From Myxococcota bacterium (GTDB lineage Bacteria > Myxococcota_A > UBA9042 > PHBI01 > JACKFB01): a stretch of DNA of 64,000 nucleotides. How positions within the stretch are numbered: position 1 is the first letter of the stretch; every line of letters begins with the position of its first letter. Where the stretch lies: positions 1,721-65,720 of the forward strand of contig JAWKRR010000018.1 of NCBI GenBank assembly GCA_041389525.1. The letters run 5' to 3'. This document shows positions 63,336-64,000 of this stretch, piece after piece. The notes below the pieces were generated by a model. The model had not been told where the DNA came from, ran no database searches, and saw only the letters and a program-made list of their open reading frames with translations. The position numbers and the translations under genes are program-made.

Positions 63336-63453
63336 GCGTGCCGGTGCCGGAAGCGGGGTTTGCGGGGGGGCTGCGTTGGCGAGCATGCCACATCACCTGC
63401 GCAGCGGCGACGGACGGCCTGCTGGGGCGGCTCAGGCTCGGGCTGGCGCTCGG

Positions 63454-64000
63454 CTACTGCGGCGGCGCTGTCGGCCACTTGAGGAGGTTGCCGCCGGGGC
63501 CGCCGGGGGTGGAGGCGAAGTCGGGGCCGAAGGCGTCGAAGAAGAGGTTGGCGCCGTCGGTGGCGAGGGTGCCGTAGCCGAACTCGTCGGCGAGCCAGTG
63601 CTCGGCGGCCCACTCGGCCTTGCCGTCGCTGCCGAGGCGCGCGAGGTAGGCGCCGCTGTGGGGGAGGAGGAGGCCGGCGACCTTGGAGGCGCCGCCGTCG
63701 TAGGCGACGAGCTTGGGGCCCTCGGCGAGGTAGACCATGACGACCCCGGCGACGAGCGCGCCGTTGTCGGGGGCGGGGGCGAGGCTGTAGACGCTGCTGG
63801 TCACGCTGGGGCGGCCCTCGGCGTGGGGCTTGGGGCTGTGGTTCCACGGCCACTCGATGGAGGTCGGCAGGCCGGTGAAGTCGAGGCGGACGATGGGGCT
63901 GCCGGCGGCTCCTAGCTCGTAGGTGGGCAGCAGGGTGGCTTCGTTGCCGACGTAGACCGTGTGGACGGGGCCGAGTTGGCCGCCGGCGCGGTACCAGTGA
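63454..64000 (-). CDS. C-terminal part of a hypothetical protein running off the window
   Basis: The frame is open from 63999 to the stop at 63454 (HWYRAGGQLG...NLLKWPTAPPQ). Confidence 0.65.
   Translation of the reverse strand, partial: HWYRAGGQLGPVHTVYVGNEATLLPTYELGAAGSPIVRLDFTGLPTSIEWPWNHSPKPHAEGRPSVTSSVYSLAPAPDNGALVAGVVMVYLAEGPKLVAYDGGASKVAGLLLPHSGAYLARLGSDGKAEWAAEHWLADEFGYGTLATDGANLFFDAFGPDFASTPGGPGGNLLKWPTAPPQ

Overview
A very GC-rich bacterial window (about 70% by eye). The many lipoproteins with Cys-rich CDDGNxCTxDxC repeats suggest a Myxococcota-like organism, probably from a metagenome or long-read assembly (inference). Most of the window encodes secreted or lipoprotein surface proteins plus scattered enzymes and regulators. 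There are three giant Cys-rich proteins (6..6371, 43853..47314, 53232..60262), a PNGase F-like lipoprotein, a lipoprotein carrying a PEP/pyruvate-binding (PPDK_N) domain, an endostatin-like lipoprotein and a choice-of-anchor D protein. A kinase-AAA-GAF-adenylate cyclase and two TetR regulators are also present. A ~11 kb accessory island (21.4-32.2 kb) holds decayed type II toxin-antitoxin (TA) modules and a PD-(D/E)xK-like nuclease gene split by a complete 3311-bp IS21 element with a CTTGG target duplication. It also holds two REP-associated tyrosine transposase (RAYT) copies flanking an intact AbiEi/AbiEii operon. Each RAYT is bracketed by inverted 23-bp REP-like motifs and followed by nested repeats with a fixed right end and variable left ends. 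Outside the island I found a probable 6S RNA (52381..52570, minus strand) not shown by the ORF track. There is also a Cys-rich lipoprotein coupled to a ferritin-like di-iron protein (possible RiPP-like pair), and an orphan Rpn C-terminal remnant with an intact internal ribosome-binding site. Several patches (20.4-22.9, 27.0-28.8, 31.6-32.2, 57.1-58.9 kb) are full of single-base indels, so some pseudogenes and repeat arrays may be consensus or assembly errors. All family assignments come from motif recognition; no database searches were run.
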